A stretch of DNA of 64,000 nt from Pseudomonadota bacterium (GTDB lineage Bacteria; Desulfobacterota; Desulfobacteria; Desulfobacterales; JBDRRP01). Position 1 is the stretch's first letter. Each line of letters opens with the position of its first letter. A program made the translations under genes and the position numbers. The DNA is taken from NCBI GenBank assembly GCA_043825735.1, contig JBDRRP010000107.1, forward strand, positions 124,001-188,000, written 5' to 3'. The notes beneath the pieces were generated by a model. It saw nothing but the letters and a program-made list of their open reading frames with translations, was not told the origin of the DNA and made no database searches. This document shows, piece by piece, positions 47,906-59,000 of this stretch.

Positions 47906-49486
47906 GTGTTTCATTTGAAGGGGTCGCTATTTCTCATGGTGGCGCTGATCGTCGCAACGGCAGCGGTGTGCCGCCCGGTTGAGGCTTCTACTGAGACCGA
48001 GGATGTCACCTTCGAGATCAAGACCTTTTCCGTCGAGGGCAACACCGTTCTTGCCGAACGGGATCTCAACCGTCTGCTCGAAACCTTCACCGGAGACGGC
48101 AAGACTGCGGCGGACGTCGAGGCGGCGCGGGATGGGCTTGAGCGGTTCTACCACCAGAACGGCTACCCTACGGTTTTGGTCAATATTCCGGAGCAGACGG
48201 TGGACCACGGACTGGTGAGCCTGCAAGTGATCGAAAGCCGGATCCGCAGGGTGCGGGTTACAGGAAACAAGTACCACACCATGGAGAGCATTCGAAGGCA
48301 TCTGCCGAGCCTGAGTTCCGGAGAAATCCTTTACCTTCCCAAAATCAGAAGGGAACTCGCCCGTGCCAACCGTGTTCCGGATCTTCAGGTGGCACCTGTT
48401 CTGGCCCCGGGAAGGGAATTGGGCAGCATTGACGTCGAATTGAAGGTCGAAGACCGTTTGCCGCTGCACGGCAGCATCGAACTCAACAACCGGTCCTCTC
48501 ATGACACGACTCCCATGCGGTTGAACGGGTCGATTCGGTACGACCATCTCTGGCAGCTCGAGCACTCGCTTTCACTCCAGTTTCAGGCCTCGCCGCAGGA
48601 CTGGAGCGAAGTGAAGGTGTTCTCAGGGTCCTACTCCCTGCCGGCGCCGTGGCAGGACGACCATCTTCTGTCTTTTTATTATATATACTCCGACAGCGCG
48701 ACGGCCACCGGTGACGGGTTCAGCGTGATCGGGAGGGGCAAAATCGCTGGGGCGAGATATGTGATGGGGCTGCCGCCCGTGGAACGCTACCAGCACAACA
48801 TCACGCTGGGGATTGATCACAAAGATTTCAAAGAAGACCAGGCCGGCGAGGAGAAACCCATCGCGTACACACCTGCCACCGTCGGATACGCTTCATCCAT
48901 GGCTGACGAATTTGGAACCACCCAATTCAGCGCGTCCGTCAACCTGCTTTTCAGGGAAGTTTTTTCGGATCCCTCGTCCCAGTTCGAGGCGAAGCGAAAC
49001 GGCAGCCGAGGCAATTACATCTATTTTACCGGAGGCATCGAACGGAGGCAAAAACTGCCATTGGATGCAGGTTTGTTTGTGAAGCTTGACGGGCAGATCG
49101 CCGACCAGCCGCTCATCAACAACGAACAGTATGCGGGCGGCGGCGTGGGAAACGTCCGGGGATTCAAGGCAGCCGAGGTACTGGGGGATAACGCCATTCA
49201 CGCGACCATCGAGGTCAACAGCCCCGAATGGCGTCAGCTTTTCGATTTGAAAGGCAACTGGTCCATGACGCCGTATGTTTTTTACGATGTCGCCAATCTG
49301 CACGTCATCGATGCCTTGCCGGAGCAGACGCCGAATTTCTTTCTGGCCGGGACCGGTTTCGGCGTCGAGGGCGGAATCTGGGGAAATACCTACTATAAAC
49401 TCGATTGGGGCTATGCCCTCGAATCGACAGGCAATACCGCCAGCGGAGAGAACCGGTTTTACTATCAGATGCGGTATGTGTTCTGA
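47906..49486 (+). CDS. ShlB/FhaC/HecB-family (TpsB) outer-membrane transporter
   Basis: POTRA (VEGNTVL, YHQNGY, IPEQ), GGVGNVRGF (VRGY/F loop), terminal aromatic YVF. Confidence 0.92.
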   Translation: MFHLKGSLFLMVALIVATAAVCRPVEASTETEDVTFEIKTFSVEGNTVLAERDLNRLLETFTGDGKTAADVEAARDGLERFYHQNGYPTVLVNIPEQTVDHGLVSLQVIESRIRRVRVTGNKYHTMESIRRHLPSLSSGEILYLPKIRRELARANRVPDLQVAPVLAPGRELGSIDVELKVEDRLPLHGSIELNNRSSHDTTPMRLNGSIRYDHLWQLEHSLSLQFQASPQDWSEVKVFSGSYSLPAPWQDDHLLSFYYIYSDSATATGDGFSVIGRGKIAGARYVMGLPPVERYQHNITLGIDHKDFKEDQAGEEKPIAYTPATVGYASSMADEFGTTQFSASVNLLFREVFSDPSSQFEAKRNGSRGNYIYFTGGIERRQKLPLDAGLFVKLDGQIADQPLINNEQYAGGGVGNVRGFKAAEVLGDNAIHATIEVNSPEWRQLFDLKGNWSMTPYVFYDVANLHVIDALPEQTPNFFLAGTGFGVEGGIWGNTYYKLDWGYALESTGNTASGENRFYYQMRYVF

Positions 49487-49498
49487 TTTCAATGCCAG

Positions 49499-49850
49499 TA
49501 CCGGTGCATCACCAGAACAAGTCCCCCTTTGGAGAAGGGGGAGGCGGAAATCCCCCCCGGCCCCCCTTTTGCAAAGGGGGGAGAGTGGGGAAGCCCTTTT
49601 GCAAAGGGGGGAGAGAGGAAAACCCTTTGGAAACGGGGGTAGTGGAAGTCCGGCGGAGAGAGTTATGCCCCACCGGTGCATCGCCAGGACAAGTCCCCCT
49701 TTGGAAAAGGGGGATTTAGGGGGATTTGGTTTTTGGATTTCACCCGGGCCAAGAAATCCCCCCCGACCCCCCTTTTTCAAAGGGGGAGAAAGAGGAGCTC
49801 CCCTTTTTCAAGGGGGGGTGAAAGAGGAGATCCCCTTTTTTAAAGGGGGG
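49499..49850. repeat. Largest cluster of CCCCCTTT-AAAGGGGG palindromes
   Basis: About eight palindromic copies between tpsB and tpsA. Confidence 0.88.
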
Positions 49851-50029
49851 AGAAAGCGAAGGTTCCGCTTTTCAAACTGGGTGAGGCAATTTCTGGTTTG
49901 TTATGGAGAACCGGCTTTCAAAAAGAAGCGCAACGCGGGCTGAGATCGATGAAGGAGCAAAAAGCGAAAACCGGGTCTCGCGCAGAGGCGCAGAGGCGCA
50001 GAGAATAACGGGTTTTATAGGATGACCAC

Positions 50030-53000
50030 ATGAACATCATACGGAAACACCTGAAACGGTTCCGGTTCATTCAATACTGGCTGGTGCTGTCCCTTTTCAT
50101 TTCACCGACCGGTGCAGGGGCGAAGACCATTTTTCAGGGGGCATTTCGAAACACCACACCCCCGCCGTCGGGCACTGTGCCTGTTTTGCTGCCCGGATTC
50201 GTTCCCAGCGGGGCGAGCGTCGATGACCCGGTGACCCAGGCGGGTGCCGAGTACCCGATCCTGGTCAAGATCCGGCAGGACGCCGATTCGCCGAAGGTGA
50301 CCCTCAAATGGGCGTCATTCAACATCGGCGATCAGGTCAACGTGCATTTCGATCAGGCCAACTCGTCTGACGTGGCCTTGAACCGGATCTATGACCAGAG
50401 CCCCAGCCTGATCTATGGCAAACTGTCGGCCACCGGCCGCGTGTTTCTCGTCAATCAGAACGGCATCGTCTTCGGTCCCGGATCCGAGGTCAACCTCAAC
50501 ACCCTGATCGCCTCTTCGCTCAACATTTCGGATTCCGATTTCGAAAAGGGACTGTGGCGGTTTCAGGCGGAAAATTATCTCGGCAAGGCAGACTACACAC
50601 TGCCCGGCGCCGTCTCCAATCACGGCGACATTCTCCTCGATCCGCTGGGCGGGGTTTACCTGGTGGCCCCGAATGTCGAAAACGCCGGCACCATCACGGC
50701 GCCCATCGGGCAGATCGGGCTGGCGGCCGGCACCGATGTCGAAATCGCCCCGGATCCCTTCCCCAACAGCACGCGGGGGGCACTGGTGGTCAATGCCAGG
50801 GCAGGGGCCGGCACCGCCGAAAACCTGGCGGGCGGCAGACTGGAAGCCGAGACCGGCACTATCGGCATGTACGGCAAGGTGGTGCGCCAGGAGGGGCTCA
50901 TCCGGGCCGTCACTGCGATCCGGCGCAAAGGGCAGATCGAACTGCGGGCTTCGGACCGCGTGGAGACCGTTGCCGGAAGCGTCATCGAAACCCCCATTAC
51001 GGAGTCCGACGAGGCTGTCCACGAATCCTTCGATTTTGCCGGCGGCACCATCCGCATCGAGGGCCTCGACGCCGCCAACCCGGTGAATCCTCAGATACCG
51101 GTCCCCACCTTCGACCACCACGGCACCATTTCCGCGCCTGCCGGCACCATCACGGTGAATGCGGGTCAGCGGATTTTTCTGGACACCCGAAGTGTCATCG
51201 ATGTGGGAGGGATCTGGGCCCAGCGGTCGGCGGCGGACAACATCGTTTCGATGCAGCTCAATTCTGTGGAACTGAGAGACGATTTCTTTCAGAAAGGCGG
51301 TTTCCTCCAAGGCAAGACCGTCTATTTTCACCGGATTCACGGAACGGCCATCGGCAACGCCGCGGCTCACCTCCAATCGGACGTGCTGACCGCCCAGGAG
51401 CGCGCAGTATCCGGCGGGGTGATCAACCTCACCGCAGGGGCCGGCGACATCATCATCAAATCCGACGCCCTCCTCGATTTTTCGGGCGGTGGTTACCGCT
51501 ACGCCGGCGGCACCGTAGAGACCACCCAGCTTTTTTCCCAGAATGTTACATTCAACATCGCCGACGCGCCATCCAACATCCGATATGACAGGATGGCCCT
51601 GCAGGGCGAATACAGTCAGGCTTACACGGAAGGCGCCGACGCCGGTCAGCTCAACCTCCATGGAAGAAGAATCGTTCTCGATGGCAGGATCGACGGATCG
51701 GCGACCCAGGGTATTTACCAGACCGCAGCCGCAGAACCTGTCAATGCCCACGGTTTTCAGAAAGCCAAAGGCTGGATCTTACCGAAAGGCGGGGACCTTT
51801 ACATCGGCCGCCCGTTCACCGGTTCGAGCCCGGAAATCAAAAACGCCATCGTGGAAGACATCCTGATCGAAGGCGCGCTCGATCCGCTGCCGCTCTCGTT
51901 CAAGGTCGACGACGATCTTCCGTCCCTCTACGATAGCGGGCGAACCAACGCCAATGGCGACCCGCTCCGGTTGACGCGGCTTTCCTCCGATACGCTGAGC
52001 AACGCCGGCCTTGGCAGTCTGGTCATTTACGCCAACACCGGAGTGAGCATTACGCCGGAGGCCCGCATCAGCCTGGCGCCGGAAAGCCGCGTCAGCATCA
52101 CTGCGCGAAGCATCCTTCATCAGGGAACGATATCGGTGCCCGCCGGATCGGTGGCTCTGGCCGTCGCCGACAACAAGACATCCTTCGACCAGGTGTTCGG
52201 GCAGGACAACCGGGATTATCACGTCGAGATGGCCGAGCGGATCCTGCTGGATACCGGCAGTGTCATCTCCGTCGCCGGAGAGCGGGTCAACAACAACCAG
52301 ACGAACCAGGCCCCGTCGGTTCGACCGGCCAAACTGGCCGGCGGCAGCATCAGTGCCCTGGATAACACGGTGGCCGGTGCCGATATCGTGATGAAAGCAG
52401 GCGCGGCGCTCGATGTCAGTGGCGGCTATGAACTGGATGCCCGGGGTGGTCTGGATTCCGGCGCCGCGGGAAGTATCACCCTTCGGGCGCGATCCCTTGC
52501 CCTGGATGGAAGGATCGAAGGCTTCTCTTTTCAGGGCGAAGAAGGCGGGCGCCTGGATTTGGGCGCCTGGAACATCCGGGTGGCAAACGAACACATCGCT
52601 CTGCCGGAATCGTTTGAGATGGCGGACCGCCTTCCCGAAGGCCTGATGAATTCCCTGTTGCTCGATCCCGCGATGCCGGCCGCCGGCGGTTTCACGAAGA
52701 TCGCGTTGCAAAGCGTTTTTGATGCCACCGTCTCCTCCGGGATTACCCTGGCGCCGTCGTTTCAGAAACGGGGTCTTGACGGTCAGCGCCGTCTCACACG
52801 GCTGACAGTGGCCCCGGAAGAGATCGGCGGATCCAGCATCGCGATCACTGCCGGGCAGGACCCGCCCAACATGCCCACGAATGAAAACGATCTTGCGGTT
52901 CTCACCGTGGAGCCTTTCGCCGCCATTGTTGCCGCACCCGGCGGGAGCATCAACCTGTCTGCGCCGGCGGTGAGAATTGACGGCGCCCTGCGCGCACCTG

Positions 53001-56000
53001 CCGGTACGGTCGCCGCCAAAGCCACTCAGAAAGACCTTGTCACCGGCAATGGTGCCGTCCTTTACGCCGGTGGTTTTCTCAAGCCCGATCGGTCTGCGAG
53101 GCTCCCCGGCGGACTCATGGGGTACACACCGATGGATGCCGGATCGGTGTCATTATCGGCTTCCACCGGAACCCTGAAACTATCGGCCGGCAGCATTATC
53201 GATGTTTCGGGGACCGCGGCTGTCAGCGATCTGGTGTTTGATGCGGGTCGGTATCAATGGGTTAACCATGCAGGCGCTGCCGGATCGTTGTCACTGGTTG
53301 TTTCCGATACGGATGCCATGGTTTTGGACGGCACTCTCAACGGAAAGGCGTTTCTGAATTCGGTACCCGGCGGCGTTTTGTCCATCCAGGGTACCGATGC
53401 CGCAAAGGCGCTCATGATCAGCGGCGGTCAACTCCAGGGCTGGGCCGACAGCGGTTTCGGCGCCATTCGACTGGCCAGCACCAGTGCAGTCCGGTTCAGC
53501 GGAACGGCCGCCATCGATTTGAGCCAGGATTTTACAATCGATGCACCCCGGATCGAAGATGCGCTGGTTGGTGGCACCGTTGCCGCAGAAGCTGATGCCA
53601 GCGACATCACCATCCGTGCCAACTCGGTCCATCTCACCAACACCTTCTGGCCCGGCACGGTCGCTTCCCAAGGGGGAAATGCCCGGCTGAGTATCACCGG
53701 AGGGCAGGTCGATGTCGAGGGCGGCATCGTTTTCTCCCGCTTTGGCCAGGTATCCATCGCCGCGGAGGGAGACCTCACCCTTGCGGACCGGTTATACCGT
53801 ATGGAAGGAAGGGATCCCCTGTGGCGGGGGGAGGTGATATCGAGCGGTGATATTACCCTGAAGGCCAGGCGGATCTATCCGCGGCAGGTCTTCGATGAAC
53901 TCGATCCTTCAAAGGCATCGCCATCGACAGTGCGCATCCAGGCGGGCGATATCCTGACCGTGTTGCCCGGCATCTCACAGGCTGTCGACACCCCCATTCA
54001 TTCGGCCGGCGGGGATCTGACCCTGATCGCCGGCGGTATCGACATCAAGGGATACCTCGCCGCTCCGCTGGGAACCATCACCATCACGGCCACCGACAGG
54101 GCGTATCTGGACGGCGGCAGCCGGCTGTCGGTCGCCGGCGCCGCTGACGTGCACTATGGCAAGGCCGATGAAGTCTTCTGGTATACCTTCTCCAAGGAAG
54201 ACGGTTCCACCGACGCACCCGTCACCGTGGACGCCGCACCCGAAAAGGCCATTCATATCAGCGGCAGCGAGGTGATCTTCAGAGATGGCGCTGAAATCGA
54301 TATCTCCGGCGGCGGAAGCCTTTTTGCCTATGCTTTCTATCCATCTCCAGAGGGATCGGTGAATCCGTTCTCGGCCGGCGGCCGAAAGGTGGTGATGCCC
54401 GCCGGGCTCGCCCCCGTTTCCGGCGAGGCATTGTACCTGGAAGGCGCGGGCGCCCTGCCTGCCGGGAATTATGTCGTCGTGCCCGAGTCTTTTGGGTTCT
54501 CACCGGAAGCCTACATCATCGAACCCGTCGATATGATGCCGGCACCGGGTCGGCAGATCCGCACCGCGGAAGGCTATCCGGTTGCGGCCGGCTACGAAAC
54601 GATTGTCGGCACCGGCTACCGGAGCGCTCAGTCCCGGGGCTATGCCGTACGAAAGGCATCGGAGGTAAAAAGCAGTGAAGGGTATTTCGTCTACCGTGAA
54701 ATCGATGCGGGCGACGCCGGAAAGCTCGTTATCGACGGAGCCGTTTCAACAGTCATGCAGGGCAACATCATCGCCGATGCCGTCCCCGGGTTCCGACCGG
54801 CGAGCCTGAGCCTGAGCGGCAGGGAAATCACGGTGGCGCTCTCGGGATCGGAGAAACTCGACAATTTCGATTTCGATACGCCCCTTTCCGAGACCTACCG
54901 GAACAAGCTCTATCTCGATGCTGCCGCCGTGGGCCAGATGCAACTGGAGACGCTCAACCTGGGCAATACGGCTTCGACGACACGCATTTCTTTGGCCGAG
55001 GGGACGCGGCTGAGGGCCGAGCATGTCAGCCTGAACGCGGAGGGCGATATTCTGATGAATGGCGACGCGGCCATCATGGGTATCGGCGACAGCGCCACGG
55101 CATCGCTGGTGACAACCGGCGGCAGCATTCATATCTCGGCACTCGCCCAGGTGACCGCATCCGGGAATATTTCGATAGACACCGGCTCCCTCGTGATGGC
55201 TGGCGTGCTGAACGCTGGCGGCGGGTTGATCCTGTCTTCCAAAACCCTGTCGCTGAAATCGGATCGAATGACGCTGCTGGCCGCCGGCGCCGACGCCACG
55301 GCGCACACCGGCAGCCTCATCCTGGGATCGGCGCTTTGGACCACTTTCGGGCAATATGCCGGCGTCACACTCACCGGCCGGGAGCAATTGGTTTTCGATG
55401 GGGATGCCACCCTGTCGGTGTCAACGACGGCGATCGGGTTCGATACTCCCTGGATTGTCGGCAGGGACGCGACCGGAGACGGTAAAGCGCTGGTCACCAT
55501 CGACGCCAAGAGCATCGGCCTCAAGAACTCGAGCCTGGTGACCGATGCCGTCGGCATCGGCGGACAAGGCAGTATCACCCTCGTCGGCGACACCGTTGAG
55601 TTGGGTCATGGCAACATCGGTTTTGACGGATTCGGGCTCGTGGAAGTCAACAGCGACGACATCATGGCGGTCCGAGGGGAGGGAGCGATCCACTCCGGCG
55701 GAGGCATCAAATTGACCGCATCGAAGATGATCACCGGGTTTTACCAGGATGAAAACATCGCATCCGAAAATGCCGGATATGCTTTCACGGCCGCCGCCGG
55801 GAATATCGAAATCGCCGGCACCGGGGTGAATTCCGATACCGAGAGCATCCCCGGCGGGCGGCTGCATTTCGAGGGAACGTCCATTACCCTCGATACCCAT
55901 ATCGAGACGCCATCCGGGCAGGTCGTTTTTCTCGCGACCGGCAGCGGTGCCGGCGACGGCATTTTCCTGGGTGCGGATGCGGATATCATCGCCAGAGGTA

Positions 56001-59000
56001 CCGATCATTTTTCCGGCGGGTCGGTTTCATTGACATCCACGGGAGGCAAAATCAGCCTTGCCAAAGGTTCCATGATCGACGTTTCCGCCGGCGCACAGGG
56101 AGATGCCGGCAGCCTCGCCCTTTCGGCGGTCACCCTGGGCGTCTCGATCCAGGGGGAGCTACACGGAAACGCTGAAGGGGTTGGCAGGCTTGGCGGGTCC
56201 TTTTTCCTTGAGACCGACTCCCTGGATATCGTTCCGGGAACCGGCGAAAACCGGCTGGGAACGGTGATCCAGTTGCTGTCCGGGACGCAAGGGGGCTTTG
56301 ATAAGGACATCACCATCAGGACGCGCTCGGGTGATTTGTCGGTGCCGACAGGCCTGGCGATCGAAGGCCGCACTGTTTCTCTTACCGCCGATACCGGCAA
56401 CATCGAGTTGTCCGGCCGGATCGACGCTTCGGGGGCGGATGGCGGGGGCATGGTCAGACTCAATGCCGGCGGCGACTGGATTACGCTCTGGTCGGGAAGC
56501 CAGATTGCGGCCAACGGCCTGAGCGATGGCGTTGCCGGCGGTGACATTTCACTCGGTGTCGGCAAAAATGGATATATCGTGCTCATGAGATCCACACTTA
56601 ACGTCTCCCCGGGCAATGGCGGAGAGGGCGGCGGCATCTATCTGCGTGCGCCGAGAAACGCAGCCAATGACGACGTCAACGTGTACTTTCTGGGAGCCCG
56701 CATCGATGGTGCCTCCCGCGTCACCGTCGAAGGCGTCGGAGCGCCCATCACCGCATCGACGGTGACCAGCGGCATGCAGGCCATGACGGACTGGAAAACC
56801 AGCGCGGAAGTCTTTATGGGCAGCCTTGTCACCGTCGGTGAAACGACGAAGACCAACCGGCAGGTGATCGTCGACCGGTTGGCCGGCGGATTGCTCAATG
56901 ACGGCGGAGAGGTCCCCATCGACGTGATCCCAGGTCTCGAGATTGTCAACGACGGCGACATCAGGCTGGGAGATTTGAATGATGCACAATTGTCCTCTCT
57001 GGACCTGAGCGCCTGGCGCTTCGATGGTCGGGCCGGTGCAATGACAATACGGGCCGGCGGCAACCTGACGATCACGGACCACCTCGTGGATCACCCGACC
57101 ATCGGAATTCGAAAAAATGCCGAAACGACCGGTTCCGGCTCCTGGGCCATCACGCTCGCGGCCGGGGCTGACCTTACCAGTACTGACCCATTCGCCATCA
57201 ACTATGGGGTCGGGGATCTCGAATTGACCAATGGCGTGATGGTGTATTCCGAAAGCGCGCCCATCCGTTTGGCTTCCGGAAACGATACGATTATCGGGAC
57301 CGCCAGCACCACCAGCTATATGGTCAATACGGCCACCCGGTACAACCTGGGCACCTTTGACGGGGATATCACAGGGCGGGTCGGCGGCGATCTCGAAATC
57401 AACGGCGGGGTCATCCAGTCCGCCTTGGGCGACATCGATATCGATACGAAGGGCAACCTGTATCTGAATCTGGACACTGGCATCAAGGGATCCATTCGAA
57501 CCACCGGTGCCGCTGCCGGCACGGCCTACAACGATTACTGGCGCTACTCCGGCGGCGGCGACATCCGCCTGACAATCGGCGGCAGTGTTACCGGAGGGGT
57601 TTACGAGGGCGGCTGGGACCATAATTATAAATCGCGCGCGCCTTACGAATGGGCGGCGAGCTACCAGAACAACAAGGTCACCTCGGGGCTGGCCACCATG
57701 GGCGGCGGAGACCTGACGGTTTTCACCGGCGGCAACTTCTATACACAGGCCGGCACCTTTGGCGAAGGCGACCTCAGGATCTTCGCCCGAGGCGATGTGG
57801 ATGGACGCTTCTTAGTGAAAGCCGGGCATGACAGCAGCATCGAATCGCTCGGTAATTTCGGATCCAAGCCGCTCCTTTCAAATCAGGCCATCGAAATGTT
57901 CGATGCCCGGGTCGGTATCACGGCCCTCGGAAACGTGTCCATCGGGGCCGTGGTCAACCCCACCATCGCCCGGGCGAATTTTAACGGTGTTTTCTGGAAT
58001 CTGACATACACGGAAGCATCCGCCATCGACATCGCCGCGGTCACCGGCAGTGTGACGCTTCACGGCGACAGCCGATATTACAACAACATCGGAACTGCCA
58101 TTCAACTGGAATCCATTTTGCCGGGGACGGTGAGCATCTTTGCCGGTCAGGACATCCGGCTGCTTAATGAGTTTGCCATGGCCCCGGCGGCCGAAGGCAA
58201 CCTGACACTGAACGCCGGGGGGACCATCGACGGGATCTACACCAAACCCAACGATCCCCAGTTCTATTACGCTCTGATCGCGATGTCGGATCTGCCGCCC
58301 GAAGCGGTTTATGGGGCGCATCGGGATTTCGACACCAGCCGGCTCTTTTCCGGCGCAAGAGACCTCGAATCCCATGCGGACCTGCCGATCCATGGCGCGT
58401 CGGATACCACGGAAGTCCGCATCACGGCCGGAGAAGACATCCGGAATCTGTTTCTGACGCTTCCCGAGCCGGCTGTGATCCGGGCCGATAGGGACATCCG
58501 CAATATCAACTACTTCGGGCAGAATATCCGTTCAGGCGATGTTTCCATCCTTTCGGCCGGCAGGGATATTTCCCAGAACTCGCCGACCAACCGGACCACC
58601 GCGGGCATCACTCAGAACGGCCCCGGAGCCCTGGTCGTGATCGCCGGCAACACCATCGATCTCGGCAATTCGGAGGGCATCCAACTGACCGGAGCGGCGT
58701 TCAACACCGCGCTGGATTCTGACGGCAGCGAACTGCTCCTCATGGCCGGATACTCCTCGGCACCGTCCATTGTCGATACGGAAGCGTTTTTTAACCAGGT
58801 CAGGAAGGCCGGTGAAGATTACAGCCTTCTCATGGCCTCGGGCAACCGGGCTGGTGCCAAACAGTATATCGATCAATTTCGGAGCGACACCGTCGATGAT
58901 TTTTTTGGCGAAACCGCCAAGGGAGCCGGTGACATCGACATGATCACTTCACAGATCAGCAGCGGGGCCGGCGGTGACATCTACGTGTTGAACCGAGGCA

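Noticed and set aside
33241..49850. Short ORFs reading SPPLEKGDLGG or PPFSKGG
   Set aside because: They are translations of the palindromic DNA repeat, not credible genes.
49978..50003. cgcagaggcgcagag repeat (also 62017-62042; related cacggag runs at 25230 and 36156)
   Set aside because: Real but very short dispersed repeats with no supportable function.
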